DNA from: Oculina patagonica
Taxonomy: Eukaryota
Direction: 5' to 3'
Assembly: GCF_052425735.1 (NCBI RefSeq)
Contig: NC_135769.1
Span: 28,086,001 to 28,150,000, forward strand
Length of the DNA stretch: 64,000 bases
The notes beneath the pieces are model-generated. The model saw only the letters and a program-made list of their open reading frames with translations. It searched no databases and had not been told where the DNA came from. The translations under genes were made by a program, and so were the position numbers. This document shows, in pieces, positions 24,956 through 36,389 of this stretch. How positions within the stretch are numbered: position 1 is the stretch's first letter; each line of letters begins with the position of its first letter.

Positions 24956-27900
24956 ATGGCTGGTATGTGGCTAACTCAGTTGGCCATTGTGACTCTCAAC
25001 ATTCTCCTGGTAATCTTATTTGTGGTGGCAAACACAGACTTTTGTGGAAGCGTTTTTGAAACTCAAGTCGGTAAGTAAACATTTGCAAACTAAAACGCCC
25101 TTCCTTCCTTCTATTCAGTCTGGTACTGTTTGCATTAGTAGAACTTTTATTTTCTTTGTCCTTTAAGACCATGCCTTAGTTGGTCACGTCATGAGCAAGG
25201 CTGCTGTTGTTGACGAGTTTGAATGTTATCAGAAGTGCCTCGGAAATAACAGTTGCAAGTCGTTCAACGTTCACCCCGATGGCAACAATGCAAAACGACG
25301 CTTTTGCGAGCTAAACAACAAAACCCGACAGATGAAGCCAGGACATTTTAAATGGAAGAAAGGATCTACATATTATGGCTCTGTTCAGGTTAGTTAAAAA
25401 GTGCACATTTACATATATTTTTTTCAGGAGAAAAGCTTTATCGAGCTAGGGTTGGTTAAAAAGGTGTTATTCTGTTTGCAATGCCAAATATTTCTATGAT
25501 ATTAAAAAATTGTGAACTAAATAGGATACGAGAATAAACAAACTAATCAACTATGAATGTTTCTTTAATTAAAGTAACCACCGAATGTAAGTGTATAGCG
25601 AATAGTTTTCTTCCCTTGATATTTCATTGTAACCCAACCAGGTCTCATGCATGGATGTCGCAGGTGAGCGGAGTGAACAAACAAAGAATGGGCAGTGTCA
25701 TCCGGGATATAAGGGAAAAAATTGTGAAAAACGTGAGTTGTGAAAATTTGTCCTTCCACTATTTTATTTAGCCTGATAACACAATTTGAACTGACTGCAA
25801 AAGGTTCGCCTACTGTACAATGCTTAATCCACCTAAGCGCGGACTTTTAGAACGATCACCTCTTTTGTGGCGATTCGAGTTGGGCTGTAATTTTAAATTA
25901 ATTTATAAAACACGTTCTATTTTCTTTTGTAGCTATAAGAGGTTTACATTCCCATCAGCCTGCTGATTCCTGTAAGGACATACGGGACTCTGGAGACTCC
26001 AAAGGAGACGGGGAGTACTGGATCGACCCTGAGAAGAGTGGAAACCCTTCAAAGGTTTTCTGTGACATGACAACTGACGGAGGTAAGTTAAGAATGTTGA
26101 TATAAAAATAAATTGTTTAACTTCAGCCTAAAAGAAATATACACAAAACTTCAAGTTATTGAAATATTAGCCTTCGCTTAATTAACTGCTTCATACAACG
26201 TTGTGAATTTTCAATGAGCGTCCTTGAGGCCTTGTTAGTACTGGTCCTGAAGAAGACTAGCTCTGCTAGTTGAAATATTGGCCAATTAATTTTGGCATAT
26301 TGCCGCTGTACCAGCCTTGCAATTAGTCTGTTTTTTTTTTTCCTGTTAGGGTAGGTATACATGTCTCAGCTCCTGTCTCAATTCCAAAGCTTGTCGCGAC
26401 TAAGAATCGGATTTCGACATTTCGTCTAAAGAATGACAGTAGTAACAGAGCAGAAGTTTCTCAGATATTTTAATTTCTAAACCAATTAAAAAAGAAGTGA
26501 ATAACCTAGGTACACAGAGCAGGAGTTTCGCTGGCATTAAAAAAAAAAAAACAGTTATCTTTTTTAATGTCTCGACCAATGAATAACGAGCAGGAGTTTC
26601 TTTCAAATCGGTGTTTTAAATATTTCGACCAATTAAAAAACGACGTGACTCCCAACTAAGTAAACGGAGCGGAAGTTTCTCCGCATTTTGATAGAGCCGT
26701 TAAGATTAATTTAATTATTTGACAGATTAAAACACGACGTGTCTAACTTTAGAACACAATAGACGTGAGTAACCTAGGTACACAGAGCAGAACTTTCTCC
26801 GGTATTTAAAAAGGCATCAGTTTAATGTTTTTAATGTATAGACCAATTAAAAACGACGTGACTAAATTAGGAACATAAAGCAGAAGTTTCTCGAGAACCT
26901 TAAATTTCGCAGGAAAAACGGTGTTTTATATTTTTCGACTAATTAAAAAAACGACGTGACTCTGAACTCAGTACACAGAGCAGGAATTTCTCGAGCACTC
27001 AAATTTCGCATTAAACACAGTGTTTTAAATTTTTTGACCAATTAAAAAACGACTTTACTTTGAGCCAAGTTTTCGGGCACTTTAATATCGCAGTAACAAA
27101 CGGTGTTCTAAACTTTTTGACAAATAAAAAACGACGTGACTCTGAACTAAGTACACAGATTAAAGGTTTTTCGTGCATTTTAAGAGAGCCGTTAAAATTA
27201 ATCTAATTTAATTCTTTGACAGATAAATAAAAAAATGACATGTTCTCAACTGATCAAAAATTCTCGATCGCTAAAAATTTCTCCACCGATTTCTCGACCT
27301 CAACGGGCGATTATGTTTGGACTGCTGTCCGCTGTTTCAAGGGTTGTTTCACTGTCAATTTTTCAAAGGTGGTTTGATCTCGCTCGGCTGAAATGAAATC
27401 TGGGCTTATTTGTCGTATTTCCTTGTACTTTGCTATGCTTTATCAGGATGTAGTACTTTAGTTGGTCGCCAGCTAATTATAACAGCAACATCCCCGCTCT
27501 CCCGCTCTAATGCAAACCCTCATTAGTTAAGTTTGTTTCTTTTTAACTTTTTTAATTGAATTTATAACGTCTTGATCAGCCATAGCCTTGTATCCTTTAT
27601 AGCGAAATACTAGTGAGTAGGTCAAGCAAAGAAAGTTTTTGACTGTTTGTATTTATCCACTTTTCGACTTGATGGCTTTTTGCCCGTTAAATCTGCGGGA
27701 CCTAAAAGCATGCTCTGCATGCTGATGCCGCAGGGAATTTGTGACAACATCAGGTTCGCCGTCGAACATTTAAGAAACCAAGAGATTCGCCGCAGTACTC
27801 TTAATTAATTCTTTCCTTCGCTGTCGCTATTTCAATAAAAGTCTTGTCATTCCTCGCCATTTTATTATTTCTTCCATGTCGCTGTTTAAACGCCGTGTCG

Positions 27901-28633
27901 CTTGTCATAATTTACCTTAACAGGGCCTCATCCTTTGTCATAAAATGACACGTGAAACACTTTCAGCTTTATTTTGAATTTCCAGCGACTATTCTTTTTT
28001 CATATTGATGTTCTTCGGTTCGTGACCAGAGCGTTAATGTTATTTGTTTGTTTGTTTGATCACACTATCACTAAACCTTGTCTTATTTCAGGAGGCTGGC
28101 TTCTTGTCTCCAAGCTTGTGATTGACAGCCCATCCTCCCCACAGTTATCAGTAGAGACTTCATATCGTGGAATCAGCAACTATCACAACAACAAGACGTT
28201 TCTGACGAAGAGCGCCATGAATGAGCTGAGAACACACTTGCCTTTCACTCAACTGAGATTCTACTGCAGTAAACAACATCACGGACGTACGTTCCACGTG
28301 ACCACAGTCGCTAACAGCACTGGTGAAGCTGTAGTCCAGTACTTCAGCGGTCAGACGGATGTCAAGCCTGACGCATGTGGCTCGTTTGTCAGAATGGAGA
28401 ATGACAACTCGCTATTAGCAGGAGTTTGCGATAAGTGGGGAAGGGAAAGCGGTTGGTATTATGTTGGAAAATGGGGGTATCCAGGGAGAGATGAAAATAG
28501 GTTGTACAACCATCCTGCTTTTGCAGGGGGTTTATATCACTGGCTGCTGTATCCAGCTCTCTCAAGATGGGAATGCGATGACTATCAAGTTGGTGTGTCT
28601 TCTGGTGATTTCTGGAAAGTCTTTGTTCGTTAA
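24956..28633 (+). CDS. Array gene G4, 372 aa
   Basis: Exons 24956-25070, 25168-25388, 25642-25732, 25933-26082, 28092-28633. GT-AG, 1119 nt. Confidence 0.85.
26228..27927. mobile_element. 1.7-kb non-autonomous TIR element (Harbinger-like) with internal ~60-80-bp tandem subrepeats, G4 intron 4
   Basis: Termini GGCC(T)TGTTAG...TAACAGGGCC, flanked by TGA/TCA. Recurring motif CCAATTAAAAAACGACGTGAC...ACACAGAGCAGGAGTTTCTC. Absent from intron 4 of G1, G2, G5 and G6. Confidence 0.7.
26242..26284 (+). ncRNA. Minimal Penelope-type hammerhead motif in G4 intron 4
   Basis: Identical to 15747-15789. Confidence 0.55.
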
Positions 28634-29104
28634 GAACTTGGCAAAGTAGATCGTCATATGTAAAAGCAAAAATTGACTCAAACTGTGGGATTTTTCTTTA
28701 AGGTTCTGTAATGATTTAATATATCGTCGGCACGCAGGATAAAAATTGCATATTAGTCCGAAATCAGTTTATATAGGCCTTTATTGCATATTAGACAGCA
28801 TTTAAATTAATTCCGCTTTTTTCTTTATAGTACACGTTACACTTATTTATGAAAAATTGTGATTTCGCGTAATTTGATAGTGAAAACATAAGACGAGACA
28901 AAAATAATACACACTGGTAATTTGATTGTTCTTTGTAGAATGTTCAACCAAAGTCGGTTTTATTTTACTTTGTTGGATTATCAATAAACAGAAAAATAGC
29001 TGAAGATTGTTTAGAAAAAGTCAAGGTGCAGGCATGTTATCGACGCTTTGTAGAAATAAAGTCACTTCTAACCGCAGTTATTATATTGTTGTGCTTGCTC
29101 TCTT

Positions 29105-29146
<42 letters not shown>

Positions 29147-29440
29147 ACAATGGCGAGCCGATAGGCGAGCCATTGTAAACGGCCATACAGATCGGACGCG
29201 AATATTTTATTCTACTTGTGAAATGAAAACTATAAATTGAATGTAAAGTATTGTTATGCGAATCAGTACAGATCTGTATCAAAAGTTAATGAATACTAAT
29301 TAGCTGAGCAGGAGTTTGTATCAAAAGTTAATTCTATTGTCTGATTTGTATTGGGGTTTACAGATGTGTACATGTGATCTGAATACTGTGCTGGGATTGG
29401 TTTGCACCCTTATGAATGGTTAATGAATTTTACAACTACT
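29105..29440. mobile_element. Small non-autonomous element with subterminal hairpin (Crypton-like)
   Basis: Hairpin GATCTGTATGGGCGTTTACAATGGC...GCCATTGTAAACGGCCATACAGATC, imperfect AGTAGT...ACTACT ends. Absent from paralogous flanks. Confidence 0.55.
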
Positions 29441-29532
29441 GATAAATACTGTAGTAGTGTGAAGCTATAAATATTTGTTGTCTCAAAATAGCATAATATT
29501 CCGCGCTATGTAAGAGCAAGGGATGGTACTTT

Positions 29533-29663
29533 TAGCCTCCTTCGCAGACGTTGGTTAGGCTCGTCACACAATTGTAATGAATTATCACATAACATAATCA
29601 CATAATTTTTTCTCGTGGGGGAGAAACGCGTGACCAGCCCAAAGAACGTCTACAAAGGAGGCT
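29533..29663. mobile_element. Short palindromic MITE (AGCCTCCTTCGCAGACG... family)
   Basis: Inverted ends. Related hairpin elements at 51222-51282, 35367-35780 and 54575-54650. Confidence 0.6.
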
Positions 29664-30096
29664 GTGGTACTGTATGTGCAAGACATCAATTTCTGCTTGG
29701 ATGGGGTGGGCTGGTGCGTTATCAAAAATGTCTCGTTGGTGCTTTGCTTAGTAACTGAATGTCGTATTGATGGGCGTCTATTCGGCAAATTCTCACCATA
29801 ACATTAAAAGAAATTAATGACAATCCCTAAGGAAAGGACATGTAATATTTCGATTCAAAATGTCCAGTGTCGCTCAGTCTCCCACGACTCTTACCGTTTT
29901 TCCCGAAAAGTCAAGACCGCAAAAGAAACGACTAGGGACGAGTCAGGTGGGAAGCGGGATCCATTCCCCGAGCGGACAGCCTACTCGCTAGGGCAAGGCC
30001 GGGGTTCTTGTGTAAGGCCTACACTCGGTTCGTGTCGGGGGAAATAAATTAATGCATAATTATTTCGCTAAAGCAAAACTTTAGTGGAGGCATTTC

Positions 30097-32352
30097 GAGT
30101 GCCATGAATAAGCTGAGAAAACACTTATCTTTCACTCAATTGACGTACGTTCCACGTGACCTGACCACGGTCGCTAACAGCAAGCTGTAGTCCAGTACTT
30201 CAGCGGTCAGACGGATGTCCAGCCCGACGCCTGTGGCTCGTTTGTTGGAATGGAGAATGACAACTCGCTATTAGCAGGAGCTTGCGATGCGTGGGGAAAA
30301 AATGATGTGCTTCCAGTACAAAATTGGGGCAATGAGGAACATGAAAGTAGATTTAACAATTTGACGCGAGTTTTTCATGCGTCTGTACTGTTATTGATCA
30401 TAAATTGCGTCATAACATTGTCAAAGTAGCTGTGGATCCTCGAGCCGCAGGCGAGTGGATCCGCAGACTACTTTGACAATGTCATGGCGAAATTTATGAT
30501 CAATAACAGTACAGACGCATGAAAAACTCGCGTCAATTTGTTTTTTATTATAACATAAAGCCAGAATGGACAAAATAAAGTCAAAACGCGGGATAAAAAG
30601 GCAAGAAACTCAAACTTTTATATTAAACTTGTCTCACTCTCTTATTGGTTAATGGTAAAGAGGAGACTTTCTATTGGCTGAAAAATGACAGAATTGACGT
30701 TTCACAAAAAGTCGCATAAATTAAATTTTCACTTTTGAATGGCTGTACGTCTTTCAAAGAGAACTGTTTAAGAACAAAGCTGCCTATTGATAAGTGGTCT
30801 TGGACTGATTCTGAGACAAAATGAAGACCTGGGCCTGGCCAATATTGCAGCTGTTGAAAATTCCGTGGACGGAACACTCTGCAGGAATTTGAGCCACGGC
30901 AGCTGATGTTGTTGTAGCACTCGATGCGATCGGGAAGCACGCGGTCGCTGTTTGTTCGCTTCTGGCAACTGGAGCTCGACCTTTCTGAAGAGCGTGTGAC
31001 AAAATATCGAAGCAATTCTTCAGTTGGTCGGTAGAGGGTCGGCTGTTGTAGCTTGCTAAGCTTTGCTCATTTGCATGGCCAGAAATGCTCATGATGTGTC
31101 GAGCTGGAACGCACGAGTCAGACCACAGCGTGATTGCAGTTGCCCGTACGCAATGGTTGGTGTAACTCTTTGACAGGCCAGCGCCGATAGAAATCTGCTT
31201 CATTATGCCCGGAAGTTTGTTGGTTCCGAATGGTTTGTTTTCGTAGCACACTTGATCAGACTGTTGGAAGTTTGCTCTCGGCTTTTGAAAGAAGGCCTCT
31301 TGCTTGGGGTTAAGCTTGTTGACGTACTTGCGAAAACATGAAAAAGCATCGCCGTCCTGGCCTGTGCTGTACAAGCGGGTCTTTCTTTCCTTGCTGGTTT
31401 TGTCATTGAAGCCTCCATGGTGATTCTTGGAAAGTTCTTCGTGGGACATGGTCACATACTCGATACCATCTGCATCTTTTTCAAACTGGAAGCTATCTCG
31501 GCGGAGCAAACGCTGGCCTTCGCTACCTCTTCTGCACCAGTACAGCGTGCAAAAAAACCAGACTTTTCTGAGAAGACCTCCAGGAGTATTTGGACTCGTG
31601 AAAGGACTGTTATTTATCTTGATTAAATCTTGAGATTCAATGACTGCCTTGTGTTGTACTTTTTCTTTGCCCTCGCGGCGTAGTGCTTTAAGCTTTGCTT
31701 CTAACATCTTGTTGCTCCGAGCAAATACTGGATTGCCCGTGATCTTCAGTGACCGGTCGCTATTTTCATGGAGTTTCGAAAACCAAGGAGGGACGAGCGA
31801 CTGTATTCTTGGCCAGTTTGACTTCTTGCTTCTGCATAAAATCGTCTCAAACTTTCGTCTAGCTCTTCGTTTCTCATTTGTAAGACATTTCGTTGGATGC
31901 CCCTCTGACAACACCATTCTGTCAAACACAATAAAAGGAGCGTACAATTTCTGAACTGTAAGTTTAGTTTAGAAAACAAATCTTGCAAATTTCATATAAA
32001 ATGGATTTTATTGTGCTTATTTAATCACCTTCAAAAATCTTCGAACCCCATTTTGTGTTTCGCTTTGTTCCTTTGGCTTGAGCATTAGAAACAATTGCGG
32101 TCAACTCGTCGCTGTTCAAAGTTGCGAAACGAACAGCTTTTTCCACTTCTTCCTTTCTTTCGACAGCCTCCAAGCAAGCTACAAGCTCGGTATCGGAACC
32201 ACTTTCTGGTTCTTCGACAGCATTCGTAAATTCGGTAACCGGTCCGTTACCGGAAACCGGAGAATTTTTTCCTTGTCGTCCTTATTTTTAAATTCCCCAC
32301 TCTCCTTCGTTGCGTCAACATCGCATAAATTATAAATTCATGTGTCTGTCCT

Positions 32353-32389
<37 letters not shown>

Positions 32390-32547
32390 AATTACTGCAG
32401 TTATGATAAAATATACCATTACCCTGTGTTTAAATATCCTGTATACCACTGGACAATTCTTCCAAATGCCTCGAGATTTCTGTGTGATGACGCAAGTAGT
32501 GGTGTCTTTGAGACTTTTGGAAAGTCTTTGCTCGTTGACAAGTTGAT
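30097..32547 (+). pseudogene. psi4: exon-5 copy split by the Crypton insertion (30097-30353 and 32412-32547)
   Basis: The left part has SAMNKLR...VVQYFSGQTDVQPDACGSF. The right part resumes TACCCTGTGTTTAAATATCCTGTATACCACTGG...TGGAAAGTCTTTGCTCGTTGA, collinear with psi1. Confidence 0.8.
30354..32411 (-). mobile_element. Crypton (tyrosine-recombinase) DNA transposon, frameshifted
   Basis: ORF 30784-31947 has the YR residues CRRGSEG, SKNHHGG, NHCVR, SGHANE and SLASY. An upstream exon (...TKRNTKWGSKIFE, donor at 32028) splices to 31918 (EWC...LDESLRRFYAEAR), with a frameshift near 31765. There is a subterminal hairpin and no obvious TSD, and the element splits psi4. Confidence 0.85.
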
Positions 32548-32549
32548 CC

Positions 32550-33475
32550 AATAGTCAAAACTCATTTCCACAGATAACGTACATTACAAAAACCGCCAGC
32601 AAAAAACCGGCATTAACAACTGCATGAACTTGCTCTTGAGTATTGTGTAATCCGCTATCCGTGCCGATCTACTTCATACCCACAGTAAGTGATCTTCGTC
32701 TGGAAAAACTCGCACTTCTCGCGGTTTGCTCGTAGGCCATTTGCCTGTAGCCTCTTCAGTATTTCCTCCAGATTGTCAAGGTGCTATTTGTCATCTTTCC
32801 CTGTGATAATCATGTCATCTAAGATGCAACTAGTTCCTTCGACCCCTTCTAAGATTTGATCCATGGATCTCTGCCAAATTGCTGGGGCTGAGGTGATCCC
32901 GAATACAAGCTTAAGGCGGTTGTCAGTATCGGCACAACCCCTGATGGGTGTTAATCGTCAAGTACTCTTAGAACTCTTCCTTCACTTCCATCTGATGGTA
33001 GACCTGTTTGAGGTCAATCTTGGTGAAGTTCTGTCCTCCTGTCAGCTTAGTGAATATGTCACCGATGCGTGGCAGTGGGTTCCTATTGTGTTAAGCTGGA
33101 GTTAACTGTGATCTTATAGTCGTCACAAATTTATAACTGTGCCGTGTGATTTGGCAACTGGTACAATAGGTGTCGCCCAGTGGCTGAATTTGACCTTGTG
33201 CAGTATGCCTCCTTTTTCTAGACGTTTCAGCTCCACCTTGACCTTAGGATTCATGGCGTCTGGGACAGGCCTCGCTTTACAAAACTTTGGTCGACTGGCT
33301 TTCCTTAACGTGAGTATCGCCCTGGATGACTTGAGTGTGCCGATTTTGTATTCGTATTCGTCTAGAAGCCTCGCTAATTTCTTTCGAGTGCCTTGTGTCG
33401 GCTGTTCTATTGAAATAGCACCGATCCGTTTCCAATCGAGTTGTATCTGGTGTAATTTGTTAAAATTGGAAACAA
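32550..33475 (-). mobile_element. Gypsy LTR-retrotransposon pol fragment (RT), decayed
   Basis: PKFCKARPVP...WATPIVPV, FGITSAPAIWQRSMDQIL, CILDDMIITG...EKCEFF, with stops and frameshifts. Confidence 0.85.
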
Positions 33476-33496
33476 CTGAGTAGCGTCTTGTACGCG

Positions 33497-35126
33497 ATGA
33501 CTTACTTGACTGACTTATTCCTTTAGGCTCCTGGTGGAGCAAAGGGCGTCAACAATGCTTCGCCACCGAACTCTATTTGCTGCCGCCTTCTCTGCTGCGT
33601 TCCAGCAGATGTTAGCTTTCTTTAACTCCTCCTCAGTTGATCTTCTCCAGGTCTTAGCTGGTCTTCCCACCTTTCTTTTACCCTGCGGATTCCACTTTAA
33701 GGCCTGCTTGGTGGTGTCAGTGCCTGGTTTTCTTAGTGTGTGGCCTATCCAAGCCCATTTCCTTCTTGCTATCTCAGTTGGTCTTGTCCTGTCCTGCTCC
33801 AAAGTTCTTTGTTACTGATCTTTTCTGGCCAGTGAATCTTGAGGATCTTTCTGAGGCACTTGTTGAAAAAGCTTTGTAGCTTATTTGATAGAGCTTGTGT
33901 CACTTTCCAGGTCTCTGAGCCATAGAGAAGCGCAGCTTTTACATAAGTGGTAAAGATGCGCTACACTTTTTTTTTTTATAAGTTTNNNNNNNNNNNNNNN
34001 NNNNNNNNNNNNNNNNNNNNNNNNNNNNNNNNNNNNNNNNNNNNNNNNNNNNNNNNNNNNNNNNNNNNNNNNNNNNNNNNNNNNNNNNNNNNNNNNNNNN
34101 NNNNNNNNNNNNNNNNNNNNNNNNNNNNNNNNNNNNNNNNTTTGGTGGAAATCGAGGAGGCATTCCAGACTGGTCTAAGCATGTTGAACGCCAGTCTCGC
34201 TTTACCAATTCTGCACTTCACATCCTCCTCAGTTCCTCCAGTGACTGTGACGATACTGCCTAGATAAGTGAAACTTTCGACATCTTCCAGATCCTCGCCA
34301 TTCAACTTACTTTTGTCCCGCTGCTTGCTTTTGGATCGCATTACTTTGGTTTTCTCTTTGCTCACCCTGAGGCCGGTTGTCTCTGCAATCTGTGCCAGGT
34401 TGTTGCTTTTGGCTTGCATATGTTGTAGTTTTTGGGAAAGAAGGCATATATCGTCTGCATAATCCAAATCATGGAGTTGAGTTGTTAGTGTCCATTGGAT
34501 TCCTGTCTTACCCTGATCTTCCACCCCTTTCATAATCCAATCGACAACCATGATGAAGATCATCGGAGACAGCAAACAGCCTTCACGAACTCCTGTGCTA
34601 ATTTCGAAAGATTCTGTCAGCTTCTCGTTGTGAATGACTTGACAAGATGACGACTCGTATAGGTCCTGTATCAGCTTGATGAATTTTGATGTAATTCCAT
34701 AGTGGTGTATAAGTTGCCAGATGATGTTCCTATCAACACTGTCAAAAGCCTTTTCGAAGTCGATGAAATTCATGTATAATGGAGTCTGCCATTCGTTGGA
34801 TTGTTCGATGAATTATCCTTAGAGTGGCAATGTGGTCAGTGCAGGATTTATCTTTCCTAAACCCTGCCTGGTTACATCGCAGTTGTTTGTCCAGGGCGTC
34901 TTTAAGCCTTTCAAGGATAATGCGGCAGAATACCTTGCTTGGAATGGAGAGAAGCATAATTCCACGCCAGTTGTTGCAGAGTCCAAGATCTCCCTTTTTG
35001 GGCAGCTTCACCAGATAACCATGCTTCCATTCTGTTGGAACTTTCTCTGCTTCCCAGATCTTAAGGAAAAGTGGATGTAGCATTTCCGCTGTGCTGTTAG
35101 GATTGATTTTGAGTGCTTCAGGCGGA
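33497..35126 (-). mobile_element. 5'-truncated RTE-clade LINE
   Basis: PPEALK...LPKKGDLGLCNNWRGIMLL, FIDFEKAFDSV, GVREGCLLSP, LDYADD, WIGHTLRK...WNPQGKRKVGRP. Ends in a short tandem tail (AAGTCAGTCAAGTAAGTCA). Contains frameshifts and an N-gap. Confidence 0.9.
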
Positions 35127-35198
35127 TGAAAATGTACGCCGGCGTTGAAATATCATAATTGAAATTGTTTTTTACGCTAGACATTTCGGTAGAGATTT

Positions 35199-35232
35199 CC
35201 CGACGTTTCGGCAATTCTGCCATCATCAGGGT
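35199..35232 (-). ncRNA. Minimal hammerhead motif (Penelope pLTR-like), weak stem I
   Basis: Minus strand reads CC-CTGATGA-T-GGCA-GAAT-TGCC-GAAA-CG-TC-GGG. Confidence 0.5.
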
Positions 35233-35914
35233 GAGCAAAAAAACTGAAAACACAGCTCGTTATTTGCAGTCGATTGAAAACGATAAGAAACTGTTTGCGC
35301 GCGCCTTAATGTGCACGCGGGCGTGAACTGGAACGATTTAAGAAACGAGAAATCACGATTAACCCTAGTATTCTTCGCAGCCGTTTTTAGTGTCGTCACG
35401 CAACGCTCGAGCGTTGCGTGACGACCCCCGGGGGGGGGAGGGGGAACTTACATATGACAGTGACGGGAATGCTCATCGTCTCGCTTAGGGTTGTAAATTT
35501 CGAATTTTTGGTCTCGCTTAAGCATAAGGTGTTCCGGGCAAAACGCCAATATTTTTAGCCATGATAGTCTCGTTTAGGGTTACAAACGAAGAAATATACA
35601 AATATAAATTTTATTCTAAGTTTTCTGGTATCTCTTAGTGCTCAAGAAAAGCTTGAGCCACACCCAGATTGATCTCTTTTAGGGGTTCTTTTCAAAATTT
35701 CCGACGAGCATCCCCGTCCGTTTCATATAGGAGTTGCCCCCCCCCCCCCCCCGGCTAAAAACGGCTGCGAAGGAGACTAGATTAATCCCGTAGGGAGCGA
35801 TGGTTCTGAATTTGAAAATGTGTCTCCTCTCCTCGCGCTGACGGATTTCCTTATTAACCAGGTTTTGCCGTTTAAAGATAGCTTTGCCGGAAAAAAACCC
35901 CTCAGGCACCCAGG

Positions 35915-36389
35915 GTACCTTCGAGTTGGTTCCTTTGTGAAAGCGGAATCGCTCTGCTATAAGCAGTGGTTTCGGTGACTGTAGTGTTTCCACGATAGTC
36001 TTGAAAGACCGGCTGGATTGCTTGGCTGGGGCGCCCAAATTGCGTAGGAATCTATACGTTTTGCTTCTTTAAGTATTGCTGTATACGTTCCAATTGTAGG
36101 CGTTCCAATCGTCGTTCGTTTCGTCAAACGCTTCGATCTTTCCAATCGGCACAGTGGCGAAAGTTCGAATTTTCTCTGGTTGCTGCGTAGGATCTAAATT
36201 CTCGTCGCCAATCTGTTGTGACTTGTGGACTTGAATAAATCAAACTTGAATGTACAACACAACAAGGTTTTAATCAAAACATGGCGGCTCGCATTTTCGA
36301 CCCTAAAGAGAAGTGCTCTTGGGGTCGAGAATGGGCGGCTCGATTCAACAACAGGCGCACATGGCATGGGTACGCATAATAGTTATAAC
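35915..36389 (-). mobile_element. Gypsy 5' LTR (~36214-36389), PBS and gag 5' fragment
   Basis: PBS TGGCGACGAG (36210-36201) is complementary to the 3' end of tRNA-Ser(GCT). TGTTGTGAC...GTTATAACA termini, and the gag motif SPKPLLIAERFRFHK. The far LTR end is uncertain. Confidence 0.7.

Noticed and set aside
30784-31947. Host ZMYM/QRICH1/KCTD1-type domesticated gene, or a recombinase dedicated to shuffling the array
   Set aside because: It is frameshifted and bounded as an insertion splitting psi4, and no matching recombination sites were seen around the exons.
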